Assembly: GCA_038065455.1 (NCBI GenBank)
Contig: JBBTQX010000002.1
Location: 6,779 to 70,778, forward strand
Origin: Patescibacteria group bacterium
Lineage (GTDB): Bacteria; Patescibacteriota; Minisyncoccia; UBA6257; GWB1-50-10
Direction of reading: 5' to 3'
Length of the DNA: 64,000 bases
In this document: positions 54,025-62,829 of the stretch, one piece after another
How the letters are laid out: each line of letters begins with the position of its first letter
How positions within the stretch are numbered: position 1 is the stretch's first letter
Translations under genes and position numbers: made by a program
Notes under the pieces: generated by a model
What the model was told of the DNA's origin: nothing
Databases searched by the model: none
The model's input: only the letters and a program-made list of their open reading frames with translations

Positions 54025-56193
54025 CTAAAGAACCCTTCGTTTCAGCAGAACGGCATTCACCGAAACAATTACGGTGCTTAATGACATTAAAACAGCCGAA
54101 ACAGCCGGTTGAAGCAGAATTCCGTAGGAAACGAGAACGCCCGCCGCGAGCGGCATCGCGATAATGTTGTATCCGGTCGCCCACCACAAATTCTGAATCA
54201 TTTTTGCGTATGTCAGGCGCGAAAGCTTTATTATCTTCGGAATATCCCTCGGATCGTTCCTGACCAATATGATTCCGGCCGATTCCACCGCTACATTCGT
54301 TCCGGCGCCGATGGCGATTCCCAAATCCGCCTGGGTCAAAGCCGGCGCATCGTTTATGCCATCGCCCACCATCGCGACTTTAAGGCCCTTGGATTGGAGT
54401 AATTTAACCTTCTCCGATTTTTCTCCCGGCAGAACCCGAGCGAAATATTCGTCGATTTCCAGTTCGTCCGCCACCCACTTCGCCACTTCTTCGGAATCGC
54501 CGGTAACCATCGCTGTTTTTATGCCCATCGCTTTCAATCCGGCAATCGCTTCGCGCGATTCGTTTCGAATGATATCTCCCAAAACGATGAATCCAATTAT
54601 ATTTTCATCCGCTATAGCATAAATAATCGTCTTCCCCTGCCCAGCAGATAACCCGATTTCTTTTGGAGTTTGGAATTTGGAATTTGGAATTTCCGAAAGT
54701 ATCGCCTCTCCTCCGGCAAGAATCCTTTTCCCTTGCACCGAGGCGCTTACGCCTTTTCCCGAAATTCTTTTGAAATCCTCAATCGGCAGAAGCGGAATAT
54801 TTTTATCTTTCGCATACCGGACAATAGCCTTGGAAACGAAGTGCTCCGAATGGCTGTCTACCGAAGCGGCCAACTGAATCACATCGCTCTCTTTCTGATT
54901 CGGCGCGGCAACGACTTTTTCCACACCGTATTCGCCGGTCGTGAGCGTTCCCGTTTTATCGAAAAGGATTATGTCGATATTCCGGGCGGACTCCAACGCC
55001 ATTCGCTGTTTCACCAAAAATCCGTTTTTGGCGGCAAGCGTCGTCGAGATGGAAGCGATGAGCGGCACCGCAAGACCCAAAGCGTGCGGACAAGCGATGA
55101 CCAGAACCGCCACCAATCTCTCGATTGCGAATGAAGCTCCGCTCCCGCCCGAAAGCCACGCGGCGAAAGTTATAACGCCGACGGTTATAGCGATAAGCGT
55201 GAGATAGAAAGCGGCCCTATCCGAAAGAACCTGGAGGCGGGATTTCGAAGATTGGGCCTCCTGCACCAATTTCATCACGCCGGCCAGAAAAGTGTGTTCG
55301 CCGATTTTGGTCACTTGAATCTTCAATGAACCGTCGGCATTCAAGGTGCCGGCAATAACTTCGCTCCCCTCGCTCTTCAAAATCGGCTTTGACTCTCCGG
55401 TCACGGCGGATTCATTGACCTCCGATTTGCCTTCCACCACTTTTCCGTCGGCGGGAATCTTCGCTCCGGGCCGCACAAAAACCACGTCCCCGACCTTCAA
55501 TTCGGCCAGAGGGATGGATATGCTATTGCCGCCGCGCAACACTTCTGCCATATCGGGCAAGAGCTTCGACAATTCTTTCAAGGCTCCCTGAGCGCTCTGG
55601 ACCGACTTCATCTCGATATAATGGCCCAAGAGCATTATCGTTATCAGAGTCGCAAGCTCCCAAAACAGCGTGTGTTCGCTTCCGGAAATAACCGACCCAA
55701 CACTGAAAAAATAAGCGGCAGAAACCGCGATAGCGATAAGCGTCATCATTCCGGGCAAGCGCGCCCGAAGCTCGTGCCAAGCACCCATTAGAAAAACCCA
55801 GCCGCTGTAGAAAAACACTATTGAGCCCAAAATCAGCGCTAGATACCGGGAACCGACGAATGCCGGGAATTGCCAACTGAAAAGTGCTTCCGGCAAATCC
55901 GAATAAGCCAATATCGGAATCGTAAGAATCAGGCTTATCCAAAATTTACCGAGAAAACTCGATGTTTTGTGTCCGGCATGTCCCGATGGCTTTGCCATCG
56001 AGGATCCTCGATTGTTATACAATCGGGACTTGTTGAATTCTTTTTTCTTTTTCTCCGGCACCAGATTCATTCCGCATTCCGGGCAATGGCCCGGCTTGTC
56101 GCTCTTCACTTCCGGATGCATCGGACAGATGTAGGTTTTTTGCTGTTCTCCTTGATTTTCGTGATTCATATTTTTTATTTTTATACTCCGCAA
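54025..56193 (-). CDS. P1B-type heavy-metal (copper) translocating ATPase
   Basis: N-terminal CPMHPE..CPECGM metal-binding module; CPH in TM6; DKTGT; GDGINDAP. Confidence 0.8.
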   Translation of the reverse strand: MRSIKIKNMNHENQGEQQKTYICPMHPEVKSDKPGHCPECGMNLVPEKKKKEFNKSRLYNNRGSSMAKPSGHAGHKTSSFLGKFWISLILTIPILAYSDLPEALFSWQFPAFVGSRYLALILGSIVFFYSGWVFLMGAWHELRARLPGMMTLIAIAVSAAYFFSVGSVISGSEHTLFWELATLITIMLLGHYIEMKSVQSAQGALKELSKLLPDMAEVLRGGNSISIPLAELKVGDVVFVRPGAKIPADGKVVEGKSEVNESAVTGESKPILKSEGSEVIAGTLNADGSLKIQVTKIGEHTFLAGVMKLVQEAQSSKSRLQVLSDRAAFYLTLIAITVGVITFAAWLSGGSGASFAIERLVAVLVIACPHALGLAVPLIASISTTLAAKNGFLVKQRMALESARNIDIILFDKTGTLTTGEYGVEKVVAAPNQKESDVIQLAASVDSHSEHFVSKAIVRYAKDKNIPLLPIEDFKRISGKGVSASVQGKRILAGGEAILSEIPNSKFQTPKEIGLSAGQGKTIIYAIADENIIGFIVLGDIIRNESREAIAGLKAMGIKTAMVTGDSEEVAKWVADELEIDEYFARVLPGEKSEKVKLLQSKGLKVAMVGDGINDAPALTQADLGIAIGAGTNVAVESAGIILVRNDPRDIPKIIKLSRLTYAKMIQNLWWATGYNIIAMPLAAGVLVSYGILLQPAVSAVLMSLSTVIVSVNAVLLKRRVL

Positions 56194-56933
56194 GACGAGC
56201 CTTTATTCTCGGTCGGCTTTAATTTCGCGACTATCGCCTGATATCCCGAAGCGCTTGAATAGTTGGCCGAAAGAATCTCTTTGGCGGATATTCCGTCAGC
56301 TGACGAACCAATACTCTTTCCTTGTTGGGCCAAATATGCCTCAATGTTCGCATACATATCCGGAAACCAGGAAGTGTTGGCTTTTAGCGCCTCGTCATAC
56401 ATTTCCGCTTCATCCGCGCCTTGGCTTGCCATCAATTCAAGAAGCCCCAGCATCGCCATTCCGTGATTGCAATCCGGAAAATAAACCGAGTTGCCGCAAC
56501 AAGGACGAAAGATGTTTTTGGACACTCTTTCGACAAGCGCCTGCTGTTCCGGAGTCAATTCGATGAAATTATGCATCGAATAGTGATTCATCGCATTGCC
56601 GACGGAAATAGTCCAGCCGCCGGTCGAAGCGAATTTGTCCGCGCCGCCGTAGCTTGAATCCATCATCGGCCCTTTTTCCAAAATCGGATTTTTATTGGAT
56701 AAGCCGAGCGCCCAAAGAAGATTGAGGGTCGTGCTGGCCGATTCGAATTTTTTTTCGTCTATCACGCCCGCCTGAACCATTTTTATTTTAAGGCTCCCCA
56801 AATCGAGACTTCTATTTCCGGTCCGATTGGAATCGGCCGGAACACCCGCCCGATAAACTAGAGCCAAAGCGACAATCAAAACGGAAAACAAAACGCTGAT
56901 CAGAATCAAATAATTCCCATTTTTATTTATCAT
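56181..56933 (-). CDS. hypothetical secreted protein (Cys-containing)
   Basis: Signal/TM N-terminus; PCCGNS..PDCNHG motif; neighbours a copper ATPase. Confidence 0.35.
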   Translation of the reverse strand: MINKNGNYLILISVLFSVLIVALALVYRAGVPADSNRTGNRSLDLGSLKIKMVQAGVIDEKKFESASTTLNLLWALGLSNKNPILEKGPMMDSSYGGADKFASTGGWTISVGNAMNHYSMHNFIELTPEQQALVERVSKNIFRPCCGNSVYFPDCNHGMAMLGLLELMASQGADEAEMYDEALKANTSWFPDMYANIEAYLAQQGKSIGSSADGISAKEILSANYSSASGYQAIVAKLKPTENKGSSCGV

Positions 56934-56951
56934 AGTGATTTTTAAGAGCGG

Positions 56952-57329
56952 TTAATTCTGAGGCAAGGGGCACACCGTCTTGTCGGATAATTCCTGAAAA
57001 GACATTTCTCCCGCTATCCGACTGCCATCCTGGAATATCCAGGTCGGATATCCATTAATGCCCTTTGCGGTGCATTTTGCCGTTTCCTGAGTACATTCTA
57101 CATACGGCACATATTGGAACGCGCTCCCGAAAAGTTTCTTCTGATTCTGGCAATGAGGGCACCAATAGGCGCCGTACATCACGACATCTTTGGATGCCAA
57201 ACATTTGGCGAATGTATCTATCGCCGCATTGGCTTTGGTCGGGCCGTTCGTTAAAACCATCGTGAGAATCACGGCTACCAATACCAGAACTAAAACTCCC
57301 ACCGAAATTAATGTGTTTTTTGTATTCAT
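56952..57329 (-). CDS. membrane-anchored thioredoxin-fold protein (DsbA/TlpA-like)
   Basis: WCPHC CxxC motif after a TM anchor. Confidence 0.6.
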   Translation of the reverse strand: MNTKNTLISVGVLVLVLVAVILTMVLTNGPTKANAAIDTFAKCLASKDVVMYGAYWCPHCQNQKKLFGSAFQYVPYVECTQETAKCTAKGINGYPTWIFQDGSRIAGEMSFQELSDKTVCPLPQN

Positions 57330-57342
57330 AATTCCAATTAAA

Positions 57343-57840
57343 TCATTCTTTACAGCAATCGACCAGTTTATTCACGATATCCTCGTGAGTCCAAGGCCCG
57401 TCGCCCTCCGGATTTTTTTTCAAATCTTCCATATTTATCAACTTCAAACGCAAGCCCCAGAAGAGCGAGTATAATTTGTAGGATTTGTCGAACATCTCCT
57501 TCGCCTCCTTCCGCTGGCCCGCGCCCTCCAGTTTCGTACCCACTTCCATCAGCCGCATTGAGGTCGCAAGCAGATGTTTCGAGATACACCAAGTTTCTCC
57601 TTCATGCTTATCAATCAACTTCCCTAAAAGTTCTTTTCGCATCTCCCGCGTTTCCCGAAGCAAATCGAAATAATCGTCCTTCTTCGTCTTCTCGGCCGTG
57701 AAGAAAAAATGCTCCTCCAGACTTATGAGATTCATCACGGCAATCGACAAATCCTCATCGAGCGACAAATCGAAATTGCCGCTTTTTTTCAGCTCCGCCA
57801 CTTTCTTCATCAGTTCTTCGAAATTTAATTTCTTGTCCAT
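57343..57840 (-). CDS. hypothetical cytoplasmic protein (165 aa)
   Basis: ORF in an operon with ccdA; helical, charged. Confidence 0.35.
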   Translation of the reverse strand: MDKKLNFEELMKKVAELKKSGNFDLSLDEDLSIAVMNLISLEEHFFFTAEKTKKDDYFDLLRETREMRKELLGKLIDKHEGETWCISKHLLATSMRLMEVGTKLEGAGQRKEAKEMFDKSYKLYSLFWGLRLKLINMEDLKKNPEGDGPWTHEDIVNKLVDCCKE

Positions 57841-57844
57841 ATGT

Positions 57845-58627
57845 CTATATTAAAAAGGTTAATATGCCTAAAATAATGACAATGACCGCGCCCCACAAAT
57901 GAAACTTCCTTATATTATTTTTGCGCCATTCCTGAATTTTGTCCAAGACCGCCCGATTACTCGCTCCGAGGAGTATCAAAACCAGTGGCAGAACGAAAAT
58001 CAGATTGTAGAAGACGAGATAACCGAGGCCGCTCCAATATGTGCTGGTGTCGTGCAGAAGCCCCAAAATCAAAAGATAAGGGCCGCCGGTGCAGGGAAAT
58101 TCGCAGATTCCCACGAGCGCTCCCAGAATAAACGCCGTCGGAACGGAAGCTTTTTCCATCAAACCGGCGATTGTTCTGTGGCTCAAAGTCGGAATCGCAA
58201 GCCTAATCGGAAAAGACGGGAAAAACTCGTTGATAATTCCGATGAAACCCAGAAGAATCAGAAGCGTCGCACCGACCTTCGCCATAAAGTGTGGCACGCT
58301 GAAGACGTGAAGCGCCTGAAGAATTCCTAAACCAATCAGAAGATAGGCCAAAAATATCCCGAAGATATAGACTCCGCCGATTTTAAGGATACTCGAACGC
58401 ATTTTTCCCAGACTGAAGAGGAAAGCAATCGTGAGAAGCAGGACGGAAAAAGCGCAGGGATTAATACTGTCCACTGCCGCCGCGACGACGACGAGCGGCG
58501 CAAGGAATTTTCCTCCTCCGCTCCACTGCCACAGAAACGGGGCGATACCGGGAGAAAGCTTCAGAAAAACCACGAGTGCCCCGAAAGCCGCGATTGCCAA
58601 AATTATTCCCAAAAATTTCTTGTTCAT
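57845..58627 (-). CDS. ccdA: cytochrome c biogenesis CcdA / DsbD-beta family thiol-disulfide transporter
   Basis: Two conserved Cys in TM helices (NPCAF, ICEFPC). Confidence 0.65.
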   Translation of the reverse strand: MNKKFLGIILAIAAFGALVVFLKLSPGIAPFLWQWSGGGKFLAPLVVVAAAVDSINPCAFSVLLLTIAFLFSLGKMRSSILKIGGVYIFGIFLAYLLIGLGILQALHVFSVPHFMAKVGATLLILLGFIGIINEFFPSFPIRLAIPTLSHRTIAGLMEKASVPTAFILGALVGICEFPCTGGPYLLILGLLHDTSTYWSGLGYLVFYNLIFVLPLVLILLGASNRAVLDKIQEWRKNNIRKFHLWGAVIVIILGILTFLI

Positions 58628-58631
58628 AATT

Positions 58632-59135
58632 TTAAGGCCTTACAACCGCTTTTATTTCGAACTCTTTTGCATTACCACCGGATTCGAGCCGGACCAGCCG
58701 GTCAACCGGGCCCACGCCCGCCGGACCGTGCGCCGCCGGATCGAAAACCGCTCTCACTACCGCTTTTTCGCCCGCTTTCAGTTCGCGGCCCAATCCGGGC
58801 ACAAAGCCGTGCCCCGGCATTCCGAACGGGCCGGACTCTTCGCCACCCAAGATGAAATATGCGTTCGTGCACATGCAAGAAGTGAAAAGTTTTTCGAATA
58901 CGATTGTCGAGGACGAATTATTCGTTATTTCGAAATCGTGAGAAACTTTTCCGGCCGCCATGCTGATTTCGCCGAAATCGAAATTCGTTTCGGGCGCGCT
59001 AATATCGACAATCGAGCTCAATGACGCGGCCTTATCCGATACCTTTTCTTTCTGGGAATTGGGATACGAAACGGCGATAAGAGTTATAACCGCCAAAATT
59101 CCCACTCCCAACCAAATGCTTATTTTCTTGTTCAT
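58632..59135 (-). CDS. DUF1573-domain protein
   Basis: FDFGEI.....SH.F.ITN.G...L.I..V.TSCMCT signature. Confidence 0.6.
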   Translation of the reverse strand: MNKKISIWLGVGILAVITLIAVSYPNSQKEKVSDKAASLSSIVDISAPETNFDFGEISMAAGKVSHDFEITNNSSSTIVFEKLFTSCMCTNAYFILGGEESGPFGMPGHGFVPGLGRELKAGEKAVVRAVFDPAAHGPAGVGPVDRLVRLESGGNAKEFEIKAVVRP

Positions 59136-59212
59136 AGATTTGATTTAATGCGACAAAAAATCCCTTTTGGGGATTGGAGGCGCGAAATCCGATTACTCGA
59201 CAGTAATTCGAA

Positions 59213-59629
59213 TCAAGCGCCTATCGCGAAAGCGGGAGAACGTTCCAAGCCGGCGAACCACGAAATCATTTTCGGTCCGGAATCAGCGACCTTGTCCTCA
59301 TAATTTTTTCTGAAATAAGCTTGGCTTAGTATTTTATTCTTTCCGATCTCCGAAAAAATCAAAGCCAGGGAAAAGGCCAAAAGAAGAGCGGAGAGAAGAA
59401 ACAACGGCGAAACATCCAAAAAGCCCGACTGGCCCAAATTCTGGATATTCTTGAAATGGAAAGCCGCGAAAGCGAAGACGCCGTCTTTCACGGGACAGGG
59501 CGTGCCCTGGGTGGCATCGGCGAAACAATTATTTCCCATCGCGCCGTGCATCTCGTTCAAGCCGACAAAGCCGAAAACACTGATTGAAAGCAGCGCTATT
59601 AAAACTATATTGGCGAAAACGGTTTTCAT
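59213..59629 (-). CDS. hypothetical membrane protein
   Basis: Two TM helices; preceded by a GGGAG ribosome-binding site and a ~290-nt leader. Confidence 0.35.
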   Translation of the reverse strand: MKTVFANIVLIALLSISVFGFVGLNEMHGAMGNNCFADATQGTPCPVKDGVFAFAAFHFKNIQNLGQSGFLDVSPLFLLSALLLAFSLALIFSEIGKNKILSQAYFRKNYEDKVADSGPKMISWFAGLERSPAFAIGA

Positions 59630-59923
59630 TCGGTTAAATCATATCAATTTCTCCCATAAAAGCAAACCCTGCTCCTAGATTAATCCCGGCGTTTGCCAAA
59701 ATGGGTATTGTCTAGTTCCGAGGTTTAAGAAAAAATTAATTCTCTGTCGCGTCGGAAAATTTGACACCCCTGGTAAGGATTATTTGATCCGGAATCTAGC
59801 GTGAGCAGGATCACTGTTAATTATACCCCTATCCAAATGTCCGCAAATCAGCCTCTGTGCACAAAAGTTTGACAGAAACGATGAATAATGACGGCCAGCC
59901 GGAATACTAAGGTTTCTCCTTGA

Positions 59924-60517
59924 TTATTCGAGGATCCCGTTCAAATCCACATCGTAAAGCATCCGTTCGCCGATATATTGGTAATTGATTATTTCTTCAG
60001 GTTTGAACCAAATGGCAATTTCTCTTTCGGATTCTTTAGGGTCATCGGTACAATGAATGAGATTCCTGACACATCTATCATCTTCATTCGATAAATCATA
60101 AGAATCAATCGTCAAGTCACCTCGTATAGTTCCAACATCCGATGTCAGCGGCTCCGTACCGCCGACTATCTTCTTCACTATTCCTACGGCTTTATTTCCT
60201 TCCCATATCATCGGAACTATCGGCCCGCATGTGATAAACGAAACATTACCTCTGACTATATCCATACCATATTCGCGAGCTGTTTTTTCTATCGGTTTGC
60301 CGGCTTCCGTTCTTTGTTTTATGCGCAACTCGCCTTTAGCCTGGAGCCAAATTTCATCTTTTTTATAATGCTCGTTCCCTTGTTCTTTTGTGCCTAATGA
60401 AAATTTGGCGGCTATGAGCTTCAAACCAGTGCGTTCAATTCTATGAATCAGTTCACCCACCAATCCTCTCTGAATGCCGTCCGGTTTGATAATTACAAGC
60501 GTTCGTTCTTTTTTCAT
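59924..60517 (-). CDS. ndk: nucleoside diphosphate kinase (with ~50-aa insertion)
   Basis: ERTLVIIKPDGIQRGLVGE, NLIHCTD active-site region. Confidence 0.7.
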   Translation of the reverse strand: MKKERTLVIIKPDGIQRGLVGELIHRIERTGLKLIAAKFSLGTKEQGNEHYKKDEIWLQAKGELRIKQRTEAGKPIEKTAREYGMDIVRGNVSFITCGPIVPMIWEGNKAVGIVKKIVGGTEPLTSDVGTIRGDLTIDSYDLSNEDDRCVRNLIHCTDDPKESEREIAIWFKPEEIINYQYIGERMLYDVDLNGILE

Positions 60518-60518
60518 A

Positions 60519-61916
60519 TTATTTCTTTTTATCTATTTTAATGCGGAGTTCTTTTAGTTGTTCCTCCGAAACGTCCGACGGACCGTCCATCATCAAATCT
60601 CTGCCGTCGCCGGTCTTCGGGAATGCGATGACTTCCCGGATATTCGGCTCGTTTTCCAATATCATCGCAAAGCGGTCCAATCCCCAGGCAATGCCGCCGT
60701 GCGGCGGCGCGCCGAAACCCAATGCCTCGAGCATATGCCCGAAATTGCTTTTTATCCTCGCCGATTCGAATCCCATTATTTCGAAAACTTTCTCGAGCGC
60801 CTCGGGCGTATGATTCCGAATGCTTCCCCCGCCAATCTCCCAGCCATTCAGCACGATATCATACTGCGTAGTCAAAATTTCCGGAATATTTTTCTTATCC
60901 ATCAAATCCTTCATAAATTCCGGCTTCGGCGCGGAGAAAGGATTATGAGTAAAGGTCCAGTCGCCGTTATCGGTCTTCTCAAAAAACGGAAAGTCTATCA
61001 CCCAGCAAAAAGCCAGCAAATTCAAATTATTTTTATCATCCCGCAAATCCGGCCGGTCCGTACCATACTTCTCCTTCGCCTCCTTGTAGGATAGGCACGG
61101 AAAAGGAATTTCCTGGATTTTCTTCTCGGGATAAAGCTTCCCTATGAGCTCAATCAGAAGCTTTTCATTCAATTCCATCACATCCTCGCGCTCCACGAAG
61201 CTCATCTCCAAGTCCAATTGGGTGAACTCCGGCTGGCGGTCGCCACGCGTATCCTCGTCGCGGAAACAGCGGGCAATCTGGAAATACCGCTCAAGGCCTG
61301 CCACCATCAAAAGCTGCTTGTATTGCTGGGGCGACTGGGGCAAAGCGTAAAATTTGCCTTCATAAAGCCGAGACGGCACCAAATAGTCCCGCGCGCCTTC
61401 CGGCGTAGATTTGGTCAAAATCGGCGTCTCCACTTCTATAAATTCTTCCCCATCCAAATAGTCGCGAATGAATTTTATTATCCTGTGGCGATGGCGGATA
61501 TTTTTCTGGAGACGGGAACGACGCAAATCCAGATAGCGGTATTTCATCCGCACCTCCTCATTTATGTCAAGACCGTCGCTCGTAACATCGAAGGGCGGAG
61601 TCTTCGCCTCCGAAATTATCTCCAGGCTTTCCGCCGGCACCTCATGGTAGCCGCTCGGAATCTTCGGGTTTTCCATGCCCGCGGGGCGCTTTCCCACCTT
61701 GCCTTTTATTTTTACCACCCACTCCGAACGCAAAGTTTCCGCCTTCGCGTGAAGCTCTTTGTCTTTCGGAATAAAAACTACTTGGGCAATACCACTCCGA
61801 TCTCTCAAATCGATGAAGATAAGTTTGCCGTGGTCGCGCCGGACATCCACCCAACCTGTGAGTTCCACCTCCTGGCCTTCTTTCGAAGCGATGTCTTTGG
61901 CTAAAGTCCTCATCAT
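60519..61916 (-). CDS. aspS: aspartyl-tRNA synthetase (short, GAD-less type)
   Basis: OB anticodon domain; QSPQQYKQLLMVAGLERYFQIARCFRDED motif 2; 465 aa. Confidence 0.85.
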   Translation of the reverse strand: MMRTLAKDIASKEGQEVELTGWVDVRRDHGKLIFIDLRDRSGIAQVVFIPKDKELHAKAETLRSEWVVKIKGKVGKRPAGMENPKIPSGYHEVPAESLEIISEAKTPPFDVTSDGLDINEEVRMKYRYLDLRRSRLQKNIRHRHRIIKFIRDYLDGEEFIEVETPILTKSTPEGARDYLVPSRLYEGKFYALPQSPQQYKQLLMVAGLERYFQIARCFRDEDTRGDRQPEFTQLDLEMSFVEREDVMELNEKLLIELIGKLYPEKKIQEIPFPCLSYKEAKEKYGTDRPDLRDDKNNLNLLAFCWVIDFPFFEKTDNGDWTFTHNPFSAPKPEFMKDLMDKKNIPEILTTQYDIVLNGWEIGGGSIRNHTPEALEKVFEIMGFESARIKSNFGHMLEALGFGAPPHGGIAWGLDRFAMILENEPNIREVIAFPKTGDGRDLMMDGPSDVSEEQLKELRIKIDKKK

Positions 61917-61923
61917 TACGGAA

Positions 61924-62811
61924 TTATTTTATCACAAAAAACCTTAATATGTCATCCGTGGCCTCGAATTTCACCAAGCCGTCCCGATCGGTGCGAAATA
62001 TCTTCGCGCCGACATCCGCTAACCGATTCAAAGCTTCTTTTGTCGGATGGCCGTAGGAATTCTTCCCTACTTCTATAACCGCGACTTTCGGCCTGATCGA
62101 ATCCAAGAAATTCGCCGAAGACGAGAATTTCGAGCCGTGATGCCCGACTTTCAAAATATCCACCTTGTCCGCCATATCCGCCATTATTTTATTTTCCGTT
62201 TCCTCACCCATATCGCCGGTGAAAAGTGCGCGAGTGTTTTTGCTTTCTAGCTCGAGTACCAGTGCGGTCTCATTCAAACTGTCTCCGGAAGCAATGGTGT
62301 TCTTCGGAGGCCAAAGCACTTTCATTCTACTTGCACCGTACCGGATGACATCCCCCGCCGCAAGCGTTATAAGCGGGATATTCTTGTCTTTTATCGTTTT
62401 TATAAGCTCTTTCGCCGCCGAAGTGTCTTTCGGCACGCCGTTCCAAACAAACGCGCCGATGCGATAGCGTTTCAATACTTCCATTAGACCGCCGAAATGG
62501 TCCAATTCGGCATGACTCAAAGCGACGATGTCTATATAATGATCGCGCGAAGGCAATATCTTGTCCAAATTCTCGAGCACCAACGAGTCCGGCGGCCCGC
62601 CGTCAATGAGAATCTTCGCCCCGCCCGGAAATTTGACGAGTTCGCTGTCCCCTTGGCCCACCGACAGGAAATAAAGAGATAATCTGTCTTTTTCCGAAGC
62701 GTCGGCTCCGATTTGCCGGAAAACAAGAATATCCAGAATAAAAAACAAAGTCAGCCAGAAAACGACTTTCCCGAAATTATTCCCGATGAATTTACGAATG
62801 AATTCCTTCAT
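61924..62811 (-). CDS. comEC: ComEC/Rec2 C-terminal metallo-beta-lactamase domain protein (separate ORF)
   Basis: HAELDHFGG metallo-beta-lactamase motif, with one N-terminal TM helix. Confidence 0.65.
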   Translation of the reverse strand: MKEFIRKFIGNNFGKVVFWLTLFFILDILVFRQIGADASEKDRLSLYFLSVGQGDSELVKFPGGAKILIDGGPPDSLVLENLDKILPSRDHYIDIVALSHAELDHFGGLMEVLKRYRIGAFVWNGVPKDTSAAKELIKTIKDKNIPLITLAAGDVIRYGASRMKVLWPPKNTIASGDSLNETALVLELESKNTRALFTGDMGEETENKIMADMADKVDILKVGHHGSKFSSSANFLDSIRPKVAVIEVGKNSYGHPTKEALNRLADVGAKIFRTDRDGLVKFEATDDILRFFVIK

Positions 62812-62829
62812 TTTTCCATCTTCGTGCCC

